Assembly: GCF_028751545.1 (NCBI RefSeq)
Contig: NZ_CP071867.1
Coordinates: forward strand, 755,306 to 779,305
Direction of reading: 5' to 3'
DNA: 24,000 nucleotides
Source: Gilliamella sp. B3022
GTDB lineage: Bacteria; Pseudomonadota; Gammaproteobacteria; Enterobacterales; Orbaceae
In this document: in pieces, positions 1 through 11,200 of the stretch
Layout of the letters: each line of letters opens with the position of its first letter
Numbering within the stretch: the first letter of the stretch is position 1
Made by a program: the position numbers and the translations under genes
The notes under the pieces: model-generated
Seen by the model: only the letters and a program-made list of their open reading frames with translations
What the model was told of the DNA's origin: nothing
Database searches by the model: none

Positions 1-1047
1 TTGTAATACGATGTCATAGACACTATTAATATTGGTAATGTGGTAACGAATTCGATAATAGGCGGGTTTCCAATGTTGGTAAATGCGTTCAATAAGTTCA
101 CTTTTATCCTTAAAAGTAATACAGCTAATCTGCTCAAAATTATTAATCACTTCAACAGCGCTTTCCAATAAGACTGTATCTAAATGGAAATATTTATCGG
201 ATAACGTTTGGATATTTGAACTTTGCACAAGAATGGTTAAAAAAATCTGCTCATTTAAATCGGTAATACCAAATTTTTCAATCAACTTTTTCATCAGTTG
301 AAAATCACGGCTATTAGCAACTTCAGCATAATTTTTTGGTAAATATTCAATTTTTTTATTCGATTCAATGCGCCTTAACATAAAACAAATAAAATAGGTC
401 AGTTCTTGTAACTGCTCATCGGTAAAAATAATTTTTAATTTTTTCTCTATTTCACTAAATACTTGTCCTACTTGTTCTAATCCGCCTTGGGTAATAATAT
501 CATTTTGTTTAAAAATTTTATCTGCGATAGGCATACTGATAATTCTATGAATTAATTCCAGCAACAAATAACGCTTGTCAATTTCGTTACCGACAATTCT
601 GTAACCATTTTCACGGTCGTAACTTATTTGAAGATGATATTGCACCATCATTATTTGTACTTTTTTTATGTCATTAATAACGGTATTTTGACTAACAGTA
701 AGAGCGGAAGATAAATGTATCAAGGACAATCTTTCGGTTCGAGTTAATAAAAAGAACAAAAGCAAATGGACACGCTCATCTTCCGAATATATATAACGTC
801 CGATAGTTTTGGAAACAGGTTCATCTCTAAATGTTTCAATGACATGTTTTGGTACACTAAATTTTCCTGTTTTAAAACGTTTAATTAATTCAAGATTAGA
901 AGACTCAAGAAAATCATTAATTTTCTTAAAGGTATAACTAAGCTGTTTGCGTGTTAACCCAAATTCAGCTTGAAGTTCTACACCACTGATACTTGGATTT
1001 TGAATCAAGGCATTTAGGACAGTATGAATTCTCTTATCAACAACCAT
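1..1047 (-). CDS. BglG/MtlR-type PRD-domain transcriptional regulator (antiterminator/activator), C-terminus cut by window edge
   Basis: Manual minus-strand translation is open from ATG at 1047 to position 1 (MVVDKRIHTVLNALIQNPSISGVELQAEFGLTRKQLSYTFKKINDFLES...LIERIYQHWKPAYYRIRYHITNINSVYDIVLQ). It has an N-terminal HTH and a PRD-like segment, and lies directly downstream of PTS genes. It is absent from the ORF track because it runs off the edge. Confidence 0.82.
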   Translation of the reverse strand, partial: MVVDKRIHTVLNALIQNPSISGVELQAEFGLTRKQLSYTFKKINDFLESSNLELIKRFKTGKFSVPKHVIETFRDEPVSKTIGRYIYSEDERVHLLLFFLLTRTERLSLIHLSSALTVSQNTVINDIKKVQIMMVQYHLQISYDRENGYRIVGNEIDKRYLLLELIHRIISMPIADKIFKQNDIITQGGLEQVGQVFSEIEKKLKIIFTDEQLQELTYFICFMLRRIESNKKIEYLPKNYAEVANSRDFQLMKKLIEKFGITDLNEQIFLTILVQSSNIQTLSDKYFHLDTVLLESAVEVINNFEQISCITFKDKSELIERIYQHWKPAYYRIRYHITNINSVYDIVLQ

Positions 1048-1136
1048 ATCACAATTACCTTTTGTTCGTTGTCTGATGATCATTACCATCAGAGAGACCA
1101 AAAACTATTTCCAACGAAAGCTTAAATACTCATTTA

Positions 1137-2516
1137 TCAATTATTTTTAGCTAAATCTTGTAGTGTTTCCCTGCGCAGCTCACGGGAATAAAAGAAATAC
1201 CCGACACACCAATAGACAGCAAAAATTAAGGGTATAAAATAACCTTGCAAACATTGCCAAATAAAAGAAAACGCATAGGTAAAAATCGGTGCATCAATAG
1301 AGCTGTTTGAAATCAATTGATTGGCTGGAATATCAATTGCTTTTGTTGATAATCCTAAATCTGTAATAATAGGCGCAAATTGGGTACCAACAAATAAAAA
1401 AAATGGCACACCTATAATTGCTAAAATCACCATTCTTAAAGTATTACCTTTAGTCAAAATATAAGCTGGAACAATAAGAGCAATGTTAATAATGCCAGCA
1501 AATGGTAGAATTTTATTGCCCGGTAAAATAACTGCCCAAATTAAAGTAACCGGAATAGCAACAATTACACTAAACCAAATCTCACTAGCCCCGCCCATAA
1601 ATGGCCAGTCCAAACCTACGAACAATTTCCGTCCAGAAAAACGCTTATTCATATAATCACTAATTGCTTCAGAAATTGGCGAGAGCGCTTGCATAAATAA
1701 TTTAGAAATCATTGGAAATAACATCAATGCAGTAGCGGCTTGCACTCCTAACATTAAGATGGCTGCTACATCATAACCAGCAATAATTCCAAAGGTCACG
1801 CCTAATAAAAAACCAATAACATGATTTTCAGCAAAAATACCAATTTTGGCACGTAATGTTGCTGCATCCATCGGTTTATTTAAAATAGGGATTTTGCGAA
1901 GTAGCAGATCAAAAGGATAATAAATCGCACAGAAAAATAACATTCGATGGGTACACGTCACCCCAGGAATACCAGTTAATTTTTCAATACGATGTTGATT
2001 TATATCACCAGAATTGAGTTCCAATATGATTTGGAGTATGGCAATAATAAAAGCAAGAATTAATGCCACAAGAGGACCTAAAATAGGTGTAGCTACTGCG
2101 ACAACAATAAATGCAGTAAAGATTTTGCCCCATACATTCCATAAATCAGCGTTAAATGTATCGGTCTTTCTTAAGACCAGCATTAAAATATTGACGCCCA
2201 CTTGTAAAGGAAACATAAGAAAAGCATACGGCCAAGCCCAAGATACGTTTGCCATAGTCGTCCAACCGCCATCAACAATACTAAGCTCAATGCCTGTACG
2301 TTCCATCATTGTTTGTGCAGCTGAGCCAATGGCACCAACCATAAAACCAATCAACATACTCATACCCACAAATGCAACACCTAGCGTAATAGCGGCTGAT
2401 GCGTCTTCTCTAAATTTCATTCGTACAATTAAGCCAGCAATAAGCATAATGAAAGGTACAAAGACTGGAGCACCTAAATTTAAAATATAATTTATCATTG
2501 TTGCAAGAAAGTCCAT
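1137..2516 (-). CDS. PTS galactitol-type transporter subunit IIC (GatC-like)
   Basis: 459 aa polytopic protein with a GatC-family look (MINYILNLGAPVFVPFIMLIAGLIVRMKF...); follows IIB and IIA genes in the same orientation. Confidence 0.88.
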   Translation of the reverse strand: MDFLATMINYILNLGAPVFVPFIMLIAGLIVRMKFREDASAAITLGVAFVGMSMLIGFMVGAIGSAAQTMMERTGIELSIVDGGWTTMANVSWAWPYAFLMFPLQVGVNILMLVLRKTDTFNADLWNVWGKIFTAFIVVAVATPILGPLVALILAFIIAILQIILELNSGDINQHRIEKLTGIPGVTCTHRMLFFCAIYYPFDLLLRKIPILNKPMDAATLRAKIGIFAENHVIGFLLGVTFGIIAGYDVAAILMLGVQAATALMLFPMISKLFMQALSPISEAISDYMNKRFSGRKLFVGLDWPFMGGASEIWFSVIVAIPVTLIWAVILPGNKILPFAGIINIALIVPAYILTKGNTLRMVILAIIGVPFFLFVGTQFAPIITDLGLSTKAIDIPANQLISNSSIDAPIFTYAFSFIWQCLQGYFIPLIFAVYWCVGYFFYSRELRRETLQDLAKNN

Positions 2517-2525
2517 AATGCACTC

Positions 2526-2804
2526 CTATTTACAGGCATCGATAATTTTTTGTAACTCAGCTTCCATATTTATTCCCGTTAAAAATGCAATGCCATTAAT
2601 TACTGGGATAGGATATTGTTTTTCAATTTTGGTTATCGCTATGTATGCCGCGCTATTTTTGATGTGAGCATCAACCGATTTTAGATCGACAACTTCGACC
2701 TTTATGTCATCAAGATTTCGTTCTTTTAATAAACGTGTAACTTTACTTGCAACAGTTTGAGATGTAGCAACTCCACTGCCACATGCAACAATAACTTTTT
2801 TCAT
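2526..2804 (-). CDS. PTS galactitol-type IIB subunit
   Basis: 92 aa; N-terminal MKKVIVACGSGVATSQTVASKV matches the P-loop/cysteine motif of lactose/galactitol-class IIB proteins. Confidence 0.88.
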   Translation of the reverse strand: MKKVIVACGSGVATSQTVASKVTRLLKERNLDDIKVEVVDLKSVDAHIKNSAAYIAITKIEKQYPIPVINGIAFLTGINMEAELQKIIDACK

Positions 2805-2813
2805 ATTGCCTCC

Positions 2814-3290
2814 TTATAGATTAATATTCGACGTTAGTAATGTAAAAACTTCATGTTTGTTTTTTGCATGAAAAAGCGACTCTAAAAAACCTGAATTGAC
2901 AAAGTGGGACATTAATTTTTGTAACAAATCAATATGTCCATTTTTTTCATTAAATCCAAGTAAAAAAACAAAATTAGCATTTAAAACATGGTCGTTATTT
3001 GCCATTTCACACCATGGAATGGTTCCTTTGAGTCGAGTAAAAAAGATAAATGGCTTAATCACATGTTCAATGTCAGTATGAGGCATAGCAACGATATAAG
3101 GTTCAGTAGGTAAAGCGGTTGGGAATGAAGATTCTCTTTTTTTAATTGCCTCTAAGAAGGAGTGAGTAACATACTTTTTCTTTTTTAAGACAGAAAATGT
3201 GAATTCAAAAAATTGATTTGTATTTTGGAAGTCTTTATCTAAAAGAATCAAATCTTCAAAAAAAATTTGGTCGCTAGATTCATTCCCCAT
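2814..3290 (-). CDS. PTS fructose/galactitol-type IIA subunit
   Basis: ORF 2814..3305 with a PTS EIIA-2-like sequence (PTEPYIVAMPHTDIEHVIKPFIFFTRL). GGAGG sits 5 nt before the in-frame ATG at 3290, so the start is probably MGNESSDQ... rather than 3305. Confidence 0.82.
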   Translation of the reverse strand: MGNESSDQIFFEDLILLDKDFQNTNQFFEFTFSVLKKKKYVTHSFLEAIKKRESSFPTALPTEPYIVAMPHTDIEHVIKPFIFFTRLKGTIPWCEMANNDHVLNANFVFLLGFNEKNGHIDLLQKLMSHFVNSGFLESLFHAKNKHEVFTLLTSNINL

Positions 3291-3597
3291 TTCATCCTCC
3301 ATCATTCTGTGATCATCAAATTTTAAAATACTGATTGTTGGCTATTGCTTGAATTAAATAAGTACTGTTTAGATGTGATTGATTTTAGGAAATAAAAATA
3401 AAAGACACGAATGGATTTGATACCAAAAAGTCGCCATGATATTGCACATCATAGGGAGCGTTATAACTTCAGTGATAATAATTTTACCAAGCGAGTAAAA
3501 GATATTTCTGAAGGAAGAATAGAATATAAATCGGTTGACTTCCGTCTGCTTTTTACAGACGGTGTATAATATAAACAACCAATTTATTAAAAATGAA

Positions 3598-4953
3598 TTA
3601 ATTTTTAAATGAATGAATTGGAGCCGGAATTCGTCCACCACGATGGATAAAATCACTAGAGGAATATTTATTGACTGACATCACAGGTGCATGCCCAAGT
3701 AACCCACCGAATTCAATATTATCTCCGACTTTTAGACCAACCGCTGGAATAATTCGCACCGCGGTAGTTTTGTGATTAATAACACCAATAGCAGCTTCAT
3801 CAGCGATAATTGCCGAAATGGTTTCAGCTGGAGTATCACCAGGAATGGCTATCATATCAAGCCCTACTGAGCAAACACACGTCATAGCCTCAAGTTTTTC
3901 CAAATTTAATGCGCCATTATTTACTGCATCAATCATCCCCGCATCTTCCGATACAGGAATGAAGGCGCCACTTAAGCCCCCCACATGCCCACATGCCATT
4001 ACACCACCTTTTTTAACTGCATCATTTAGCATAGCCAGTGCTGCAATTGTTCCATGAGTGCCAACAGCTTCTAATCCCATTTCCTCTAAAATATGGGCAA
4101 CAGAATCACCAATAGCAGGAGTTGGCGCTAAAGATAAATCAACAATACCAAATTTTACGCCTAAACGCTCTGATGCTTCTTTACCAACAAGCTGTCCCAT
4201 TCGAGTAATTTTAAATGCGGTTTTTTTGATCGTTTCAGCAACAACATCAAACGGCTCACCTTTCACTTTTTCAAGCGCTCGTTTAACGACACCAGGACCA
4301 CTGACCCCCACATTAATGACACAATCGGCTTCACCGACACCATGAAATGCCCCAGCCATAAAAGGATTGTCTTCAACCGCATTAGCAAATACCACTAATT
4401 TAGCACATGCCATACTGCTATTATCGGCTGTTAATGCCGCAGCTTCTTTAATGATCTGCCCCATTAATTTTACAGCATTCATGTTGATGCCTGTTTGCGT
4501 AGAGCCGATATTAACTGATGAACAGACTCTTTCTGTTTGTGCTAATGCTTGAGGAATTGATTTAATTAGAATTTCATCACCTTTATGGCATCCTTTTTGT
4601 ACCAACGCTGAAAAACCACCAATAAAGTTAACCCCCACAGCTTTAGCTGCTGCATCAAGCGTTTTAGCAAATTCAACATAATCTTTATCGTCACTCGCTC
4701 CAGCAATTAACGAAATAGGGGTAACTGAAATGCGTTTATTAATAATTGGAATGCCAAATTCTGAAGTAATTTCATCCCCAACTTTAACCAGATTTTTAGC
4801 TAATCGCGTAATTTTTTTATAGATTTTTTGACGTGCTTTTTCACCATCACTGTCAATACAATCCAGAAGTGAAATACCCATGGTAATTGTACGAATATCG
4901 AGTTTTTCTTCCTCAATCATTTTAATCGTTTCGAGGATTTGTTTGGTTTCCAT
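3598..4953 (-). CDS. PFL family protein, DUF711 / UPF0210
   Basis: 451 aa; [32 protein letters not shown]..., characteristic of UPF0210. Next to an ACT-domain gene, a known neighbourhood for this family. Confidence 0.9.
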   Translation of the reverse strand: METKQILETIKMIEEEKLDIRTITMGISLLDCIDSDGEKARQKIYKKITRLAKNLVKVGDEITSEFGIPIINKRISVTPISLIAGASDDKDYVEFAKTLDAAAKAVGVNFIGGFSALVQKGCHKGDEILIKSIPQALAQTERVCSSVNIGSTQTGINMNAVKLMGQIIKEAAALTADNSSMACAKLVVFANAVEDNPFMAGAFHGVGEADCVINVGVSGPGVVKRALEKVKGEPFDVVAETIKKTAFKITRMGQLVGKEASERLGVKFGIVDLSLAPTPAIGDSVAHILEEMGLEAVGTHGTIAALAMLNDAVKKGGVMACGHVGGLSGAFIPVSEDAGMIDAVNNGALNLEKLEAMTCVCSVGLDMIAIPGDTPAETISAIIADEAAIGVINHKTTAVRIIPAVGLKVGDNIEFGGLLGHAPVMSVNKYSSSDFIHRGGRIPAPIHSFKN

Positions 4954-4987
4954 AAGTATTATCCTTTAATAAAGTACAAAATTTAAA

Positions 4988-5272
4988 TTATAAATGATGC
5001 ATTGCATCAAAAATTTCTTCCCGTTGAATATTCACTTTTACTTTTAGATTGTCGCCCGTTTGAGTCAATGCAGTCTTCACATCATCAAATGACATATCAA
5101 TTTTCGATAAATCCAATAACATAATCATGGTAAAATATTCACCCATAATCGTTTGACTTACATCTAAAATGTTAATATTTAACTCATATAACTTCTGACT
5201 GATACCTGCAATAATCCCCGTTCGATCTTTACCGATTACCGTTAAAATAGTTTTCATAACACTCCCGCACAA
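4988..5272 (-). CDS. ACT domain-containing protein, UPF0237
   Basis: 94 aa; MKTILTVIGKDRTGIIAGISQKLYELNINILDVSQTIM is a typical ACT domain. The second Met (residue 6) is the likely true start. Confidence 0.88.
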   Translation of the reverse strand: MCGSVMKTILTVIGKDRTGIIAGISQKLYELNINILDVSQTIMGEYFTMIMLLDLSKIDMSFDDVKTALTQTGDNLKVKVNIQREEIFDAMHHL

Positions 5273-5402
5273 ATTTTACACAATCAAAAGACATTTCCTA
5301 AGCTAATTATAATAACATCTTCAAAAATTATCGAAATAGGAGTAGATTATTTTTTTAATTAAAAAATAAAAAATTATCACAATAAATAGAAAGGGCAGAA
5401 TT

Positions 5403-6617
5403 ATGGTAAATTTCCAAAAATCCAATAAATTGGATCATGTTTGTTATGACATACGTGGACCAATTCTTGAACATGCAAAGCGTCTCGAAGAAGAAGGTCA
5501 AACGATTCTTAAACTCAATATTGGAAATCCCGCCCCGTTTGGTTTTACCGCTCCAGATGAATTATTAGTTGATGTCATTCGCAATCTCCCCACTTCACAA
5601 GGATATTGTGATTCAAAAGGTCTCTATTCTGCTCGCAAAGCAATTATGCAACATTATCAATCGAGAGGAATTACAGATTTAGATGTTGAAGATATCTACA
5701 TAGGAAATGGTGTTTCAGAATTAATCGTACAGTCAATGCAAGCACTACTCAATAATGGGGATGAAATTTTGGTTCCAATGCCTGATTATCCATTATGGAC
5801 AGCCGCAATTAGTCTATCTGGAGGGAATGCAGTCCATTATCTCTGTGATGAAGAGTCCAATTGGTCACCCGATTTAGAAGACATTAAGCACAAAATTACT
5901 TCCAAAACAAAAGGAATTGTGATTATTAATCCCAACAATCCAACGGGTGCGGTTTACAGTAAGGAAGTGTTACTTGAGATTGCTGAAATTGCTCGACAAA
6001 ATAATTTAATTATTTTCGCTGACGAAATTTACGATAAAATTTTATATGATGATGCTGTTCATCATTCAATTGCAGCCTTGGCTCCCGATCTTTTTGTCAT
6101 AACCATGAGTGGTTTATCAAAGACGTATCGAACAGCAGGATTTCGACAAGGGTGGATGGCTCTTTGTGGACCAAAACAGCACGTAAAAGGCTATATTGAA
6201 GGTTTAAATATGCTGGCGTCAATGCGTTTATGTGCAAATGTGCCACTGCAACATGCCATTCAAGCTGCTTTAGGAGGATACCAAAGTATTAATGAGTTTA
6301 TTGTTCCCGGAGGGCGACTCTACGATCAATGTATGTTGGCATGGCGATTACTCAATGATATCCCTGGCGTATCATGTACTAAACCACAAGGTGCTTTGTA
6401 TTTGTTCCCAAAACTTGATCAGAAAAAATTCAATATTCATAACGATCAAAAATTAGTCTTAGATTTTTTACTACAACAAAAAGTATTACTGGTACAAGGC
6501 ACTGGATTTAACTGGCATCAACCTGATCATGTTAGGATTGTCGCCTTACCTCATATTGGTGAACTTGAAGATGCTATTGAAAGATTCGCTAAATTCTTAT
6601 CTTCCTATAAACAATAA
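5403..6617 (+). CDS. alaA: Glutamate-pyruvate aminotransferase AlaA (YfbQ-like)
   Basis: 404 aa class I/II aminotransferase; NIGNPAPFGF, PDYPLWTAA, NPNNPTGAVY and the PLP lysine region SGLSKTYRTAGFRQGW. Confidence 0.95.
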   Translation: MVNFQKSNKLDHVCYDIRGPILEHAKRLEEEGQTILKLNIGNPAPFGFTAPDELLVDVIRNLPTSQGYCDSKGLYSARKAIMQHYQSRGITDLDVEDIYIGNGVSELIVQSMQALLNNGDEILVPMPDYPLWTAAISLSGGNAVHYLCDEESNWSPDLEDIKHKITSKTKGIVIINPNNPTGAVYSKEVLLEIAEIARQNNLIIFADEIYDKILYDDAVHHSIAALAPDLFVITMSGLSKTYRTAGFRQGWMALCGPKQHVKGYIEGLNMLASMRLCANVPLQHAIQAALGGYQSINEFIVPGGRLYDQCMLAWRLLNDIPGVSCTKPQGALYLFPKLDQKKFNIHNDQKLVLDFLLQQKVLLVQGTGFNWHQPDHVRIVALPHIGELEDAIERFAKFLSSYKQ

Positions 6618-6620
6618 AAT

Positions 6621-6642
6621 AACCCCAGTCACCGCTGGGGTT
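6621..6642. terminator. Hairpin downstream of alaA (AACCCCAG-TCACCG-CTGGGGTT)
   Basis: Perfect 8-bp stem 4 nt after the alaA stop. No good U-tract on the + side. Confidence 0.5.
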
Positions 6643-6932
6643 AGGATATCAAAATATTAAATTGGGTAATAAACCACATTAATTCTGTCAAGTGCTTTTC
6701 AATTTGTTTGATATTTAACCTTAATACTGTGAGTGACTGTTTATAAATAAGATCTACTTTTCTCATTGAGTAAGACTGATTATTTCCACTACATTGCTTT
6801 TCAACATCTCATCGTAACTATACTCAATATTAGAAAAGAACCGAACATTACTTAATAGGTCAGGAGAAGAAAAATAAGATCACTGACGATGGTTTTTATC
6901 AATATAGAAAAATAATTGCATAAAAGTTAGAT

Positions 6933-6954
6933 AAAAAACGCCATAAATGGCGCT
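6933..6954 (-). terminator. Rho-independent terminator of the LoiP-like gene
   Basis: Minus strand reads GCGCCATTTATGGCGTTTTTT: CGCCA/TGGCG stem with a T6 tract, 20-40 nt after the stop at 6973. Confidence 0.75.
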
Positions 6955-6972
6955 TTTAAAAATAAAGGAGTT

Positions 6973-7728
6973 TTATTTTTTTATTTGGGCAATTTTTTTG
7001 CGGATATTTGCTGCACGGGATTTAGAAGATGGATGACTGCTTAATATTGAAGAATCTCCGCCACCTAATTTATCAAATGCAGTTGCAAGTCCTGATGGAT
7101 TAATTTTTTTCTTAACTAAGTAATCAAATGCGTAATTATCAGCTTCTTGTTCTTGTTTTTGTGAGAATTGAGAATTAATTACTGTAGATGCTAAAGCACC
7201 TAATTTAGATTTAGAGATTGAAGAAACTGCTGCATTACCAGATGCAGATGCGGCATCTTGAGCAATTTCGGTTGCATAAGCAATTTGCATGGCTTTTTTA
7301 CTATGACCTAAAGCAACATGACCTAATTCATGTCCTAAAACACCTTGAATTTCATTATCTGTCATTAAGTCCATCAAACCACTATAGACACGCACACAAC
7401 CGTTCGCCATTGCCCAAGCATTAACGTCTTTAGTAATATATACTTTATAGTTAATAGGCGTACCATCAACTTTGTTACCCAAAGCTTTAACGATTTTCTT
7501 TAATCTTTTAGAGTAAGCGCTGTTTGCAGAAGCAACTTTTGACGTAGCATCCATTTGTGCACAAGAATCTTTACTTAATTGTTTAACATCAGCATCACTT
7601 AATGTTGCAGCTTTCAGACCTTTCATGCCAAGGTTAGCTAAATCATCTGGGTTCATATTACAACCAGTGAGAGACATGGTTGCAACTAGTGGTAAGGCAA
7701 CTAATAATGTTTTTTGATGTTTTTTCAT
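6973..7728 (-). CDS. loiP: M48 family metallopeptidase lipoprotein, LoiP-like
   Basis: 251 aa; lipobox LTGC, HELGHVALGH (HExxH), third ligand in EQEADNYAFDYL. Strong resemblance to E. coli LoiP/YggG (NAWAMANGCVRVYSGLMDLMTDNE). Confidence 0.9.
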   Translation of the reverse strand: MKKHQKTLLVALPLVATMSLTGCNMNPDDLANLGMKGLKAATLSDADVKQLSKDSCAQMDATSKVASANSAYSKRLKKIVKALGNKVDGTPINYKVYITKDVNAWAMANGCVRVYSGLMDLMTDNEIQGVLGHELGHVALGHSKKAMQIAYATEIAQDAASASGNAAVSSISKSKLGALASTVINSQFSQKQEQEADNYAFDYLVKKKINPSGLATAFDKLGGGDSSILSSHPSSKSRAANIRKKIAQIKK

Positions 7729-7920
7729 AATATTTTCCTTATTTCAATAATTATTTATATCCATCTAAACTAAAGATAAGTTAAGTTAGACGAAGAAATT
7801 TTAAACTAACTTTATTAATAATCAATAAATAATTGCTTGTTTTAACACTTGAAAAATATTTACTTGATTACTCAGTATATGAGATTTAGACTAATCATCC
7901 ATTTTTTAAGGTATAAACTT

Positions 7921-8958
7921 ATGCAACTATCTGATTTCGATTTTACACTTCCTAAAGAACTCATTGCCAAATATCCATCAGAAACTCGAAGTGCATGCCG
8001 ACTTTTATCGCTTGATGGAAAGACAGGTAAGATTAGCCATGGCATTTTTACTGACATTATAGACAGAATTAATCCCGGCGATTTACTTATTTTTAATAAC
8101 ACACGAGTCATACCAGCACGTGTTTTTGGGAAAAAAATATCTGGCGGTAAAATTGAAATACTCATTGAACGATTATTAGATGGAAATCGTGCACTTGCAC
8201 ATATAAAAGCGTCAAAATCACCTAAAGAGGGAATGGAATTAATCTTAGGAGAAAACTCAACTGTTACTGTAACTATGGTAACTCGTCATGATAGTCTTTT
8301 TGAACTACAATTTCCGGACGACGTACTTACCATTTTGAATCAAATTGGACATATCCCTTTACCTCCTTATATTGATAGACCTGACGATGACCAAGATCGT
8401 GAAGTTTACCAAACAGTCTACAATAAAGTACCTGGAGCAGTTGCAGCGCCTACGGCTGGACTTCATTTTGATGAAAGTTTATTAGAAAAACTGAATCAAA
8501 AAGGGGTTGAAATGGCTTTTGTCACTTTACATGTTGGTGCAGGAACATTTCAACCGGTAAGAGTTGAAAATATCGAAACGCACATTATGCACGCAGAATA
8601 CGCGGAGGTTTCCGAAGAAGTTGTCAAAGCGGTATTAGCCTGCAAAGCCAGAGGTAATAAAGTTATCGCTGTGGGTACCACTTCGGTTAGAGCACTTGAA
8701 AGCGCCGCACAAAAAACCGGAGAAATTGCTCCTTTTTTTGCTGATACACAGATATTTATTTATCCTGGTTACCACTTTAATGTCATTGATTCACTGATCA
8801 CAAATTTTCATCTGCCTGAATCAACATTAATTATGCTTGTATCAGCATTTGCAGGATATGAAAACACAATGAATGCTTATCAGGAAGCTGTCAAGCAACA
8901 GTATCGATTCTTTAGTTATGGTGATGCTATGTTTATCACCAAACAATCTAATGAATAA
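7921..8958 (+). CDS. queA: S-adenosylmethionine:tRNA ribosyltransferase-isomerase QueA
   Basis: [33 protein letters not shown]... matches QueA. The listed ORF starts at 7849, but the family N-terminus begins at the in-frame ATG at 7921. Confidence 0.96.
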   Translation: MQLSDFDFTLPKELIAKYPSETRSACRLLSLDGKTGKISHGIFTDIIDRINPGDLLIFNNTRVIPARVFGKKISGGKIEILIERLLDGNRALAHIKASKSPKEGMELILGENSTVTVTMVTRHDSLFELQFPDDVLTILNQIGHIPLPPYIDRPDDDQDREVYQTVYNKVPGAVAAPTAGLHFDESLLEKLNQKGVEMAFVTLHVGAGTFQPVRVENIETHIMHAEYAEVSEEVVKAVLACKARGNKVIAVGTTSVRALESAAQKTGEIAPFFADTQIFIYPGYHFNVIDSLITNFHLPESTLIMLVSAFAGYENTMNAYQEAVKQQYRFFSYGDAMFITKQSNE

Positions 8959-9053
8959 TTCTATAATCTTATCGATATTTAATGAAAAGTTGCTTAATCA
9001 AGCGGATAGGTCAAATTTGATTGGTAACTTTTCCAATAAATCAATTTTACTAT

Positions 9054-9737
9054 CTATTGATTATCTAATTTATCTAAAATATTATTAATACGATACAAAT
9101 TTGAAGGATGAGATGTTGGATGCTCTGATGCATGAATGGGCATTTTAAATAACATATTTACCAAACCTCTTGGATCAATTTTTTCTTTTAATAACAGATT
9201 AAGAGCATACTCGTCAGCCTCAATTTCATACTTTTGAGCAATCTCTTGTTTTACAATGATAACAATTTCATTAGCTTTATCGGTAACTTCAATATACGGG
9301 GCTTGTCGAAATGATTGAATAGCATGGTTAAGTGCAATATGTCCTTGCTCATGCGCCAATACAGCTTGCAATTCATTATCCGTTAATAATTTCATTAATC
9401 CACTGTTCACTCGAACACAACCATTTGCTGTAGACCATGCATTAGGTTCAGTATTTAAATAGACTTTATAATTTACTTTTATGTTATGAATATTATTAGG
9501 CAATGTTTCAGCTATTTTAGTTAACCGTTTACTTAAAGCATGATGATTAGCTGCAATCGTTGCCTTATTATCCATTTCATTACACGCTTGCTTGCTAATT
9601 GCTAGAATATCTTGTTCAGATAAAATTTTTACTGCTTCAGATGGTATGCGTTTAGGCATACAATATTTTCTGTTATTTTGACATGCGGTCGACAAAAATA
9701 TTAATGATAATAAAAATAACAATATCACATAATTCAC
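9054..9737 (-). CDS. Second M48 family metallopeptidase lipoprotein, divergent LoiP paralogue
   Basis: 227 aa; lipobox LSTAC, HEQGHIALNH (HExxH), EIEADEYALNLL. Co-linear with the 6973..7728 product across NYKVYL...NAWSTANGCVRVNSGLMKLLTDNE. Confidence 0.88.
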   Translation of the reverse strand: MNYVILLFLLSLIFLSTACQNNRKYCMPKRIPSEAVKILSEQDILAISKQACNEMDNKATIAANHHALSKRLTKIAETLPNNIHNIKVNYKVYLNTEPNAWSTANGCVRVNSGLMKLLTDNELQAVLAHEQGHIALNHAIQSFRQAPYIEVTDKANEIVIIVKQEIAQKYEIEADEYALNLLLKEKIDPRGLVNMLFKMPIHASEHPTSHPSNLYRINNILDKLDNQ

Positions 9738-9871
9738 AATTCTAAAAATCCCATCAAAAGTTGTTAATTCAAGTCAAGCACGATAAACTAGGCATCGCAA
9801 TGTAATAATACACAACGCATTATATCAATAATACGCGCCAAACTGTTTATTTGGTCGCAAGAGGTAAATAA

Positions 9872-11020
<1,149 letters not shown>

Positions 11021-11040
11021 CATATTTTTTTAGGTAAGTA

Positions 11041-11069
11041 TTGACACTTTTTTGTTAGCGCAGTATTAT
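11041..11069 (+). promoter_or_regulatory. Sigma-70 promoter of tRNA-Pro
   Basis: Perfect -35 TTGACA (11041-11046), 17-nt spacer, -10 TATTAT (11064-11069), then the GC-rich discriminator GCGC just before the tRNA. Confidence 0.8.
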
Positions 11070-11080
11070 GCGCTTCCTAA

Positions 11081-11157
11081 CGGCGAGTAGCGCAGCTTGG
11101 TAGCGCAACTGGTTTGGGACCAGTGGGTCGGAGGTTCGAATCCTCTCTCGCCGACCA
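11081..11157 (+). tRNA. tRNA-Pro, anticodon TGG
   Basis: CGGCGAGTAGCGCAGCTTGGTAGCGCAACTGGTTTGGGACCAGTGGGTCGGAGGTTCGAATCCTCTCTCGCCGACCA. Full cloverleaf, 77 nt, encoded CCA, CGGCGAG/CTCGCCG acceptor stem. Confidence 0.98.
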
Positions 11158-11166
11158 ATTTCAAAT

Positions 11167-11200
11167 AAAAAAGCCTACTCAGTAAGTGGGCTTTTTTATT
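11167..11200 (+). terminator. Rho-independent terminator after tRNA-Pro
   Basis: AAAAAAGCCTACTCAGTAAGTGGGCTTTTTTATT: hairpin with U-tract. Confidence 0.85.

Noticed and set aside
83-301. 72-aa plus-strand ORF
   Set aside because: Antisense to the open PRD-regulator frame on the minus strand; no recognisable motif.
2014-3081. Plus-strand ORFs 2014..2490 and 2896..3081
   Set aside because: Antisense to the clearly conserved PTS IIC and IIA genes; compositional artefacts.
3369-3656. 95-aa minus-strand ORF upstream of PTS IIA
   Set aside because: AT-driven, overlaps the 3' end of the DUF711 gene in another frame, no domain-like pattern.
3818-4552. Three plus-strand ORFs inside the DUF711 gene (79, 95, 61 aa)
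   Set aside because: Low-complexity Ser/Thr/Ala/Pro translations typical of antisense to a conserved CDS.
7218-7424. 68-aa plus-strand ORF inside the LoiP-like gene
   Set aside because: Antisense shadow of the M48 peptidase coding region.
7872-8165. 97-aa minus-strand ORF
   Set aside because: Antisense to the queA 5' region.
8873-9088. 71-aa minus-strand ORF between queA and the second peptidase
   Set aside because: Overlaps the 3' ends of both genes; no RBS or motif.
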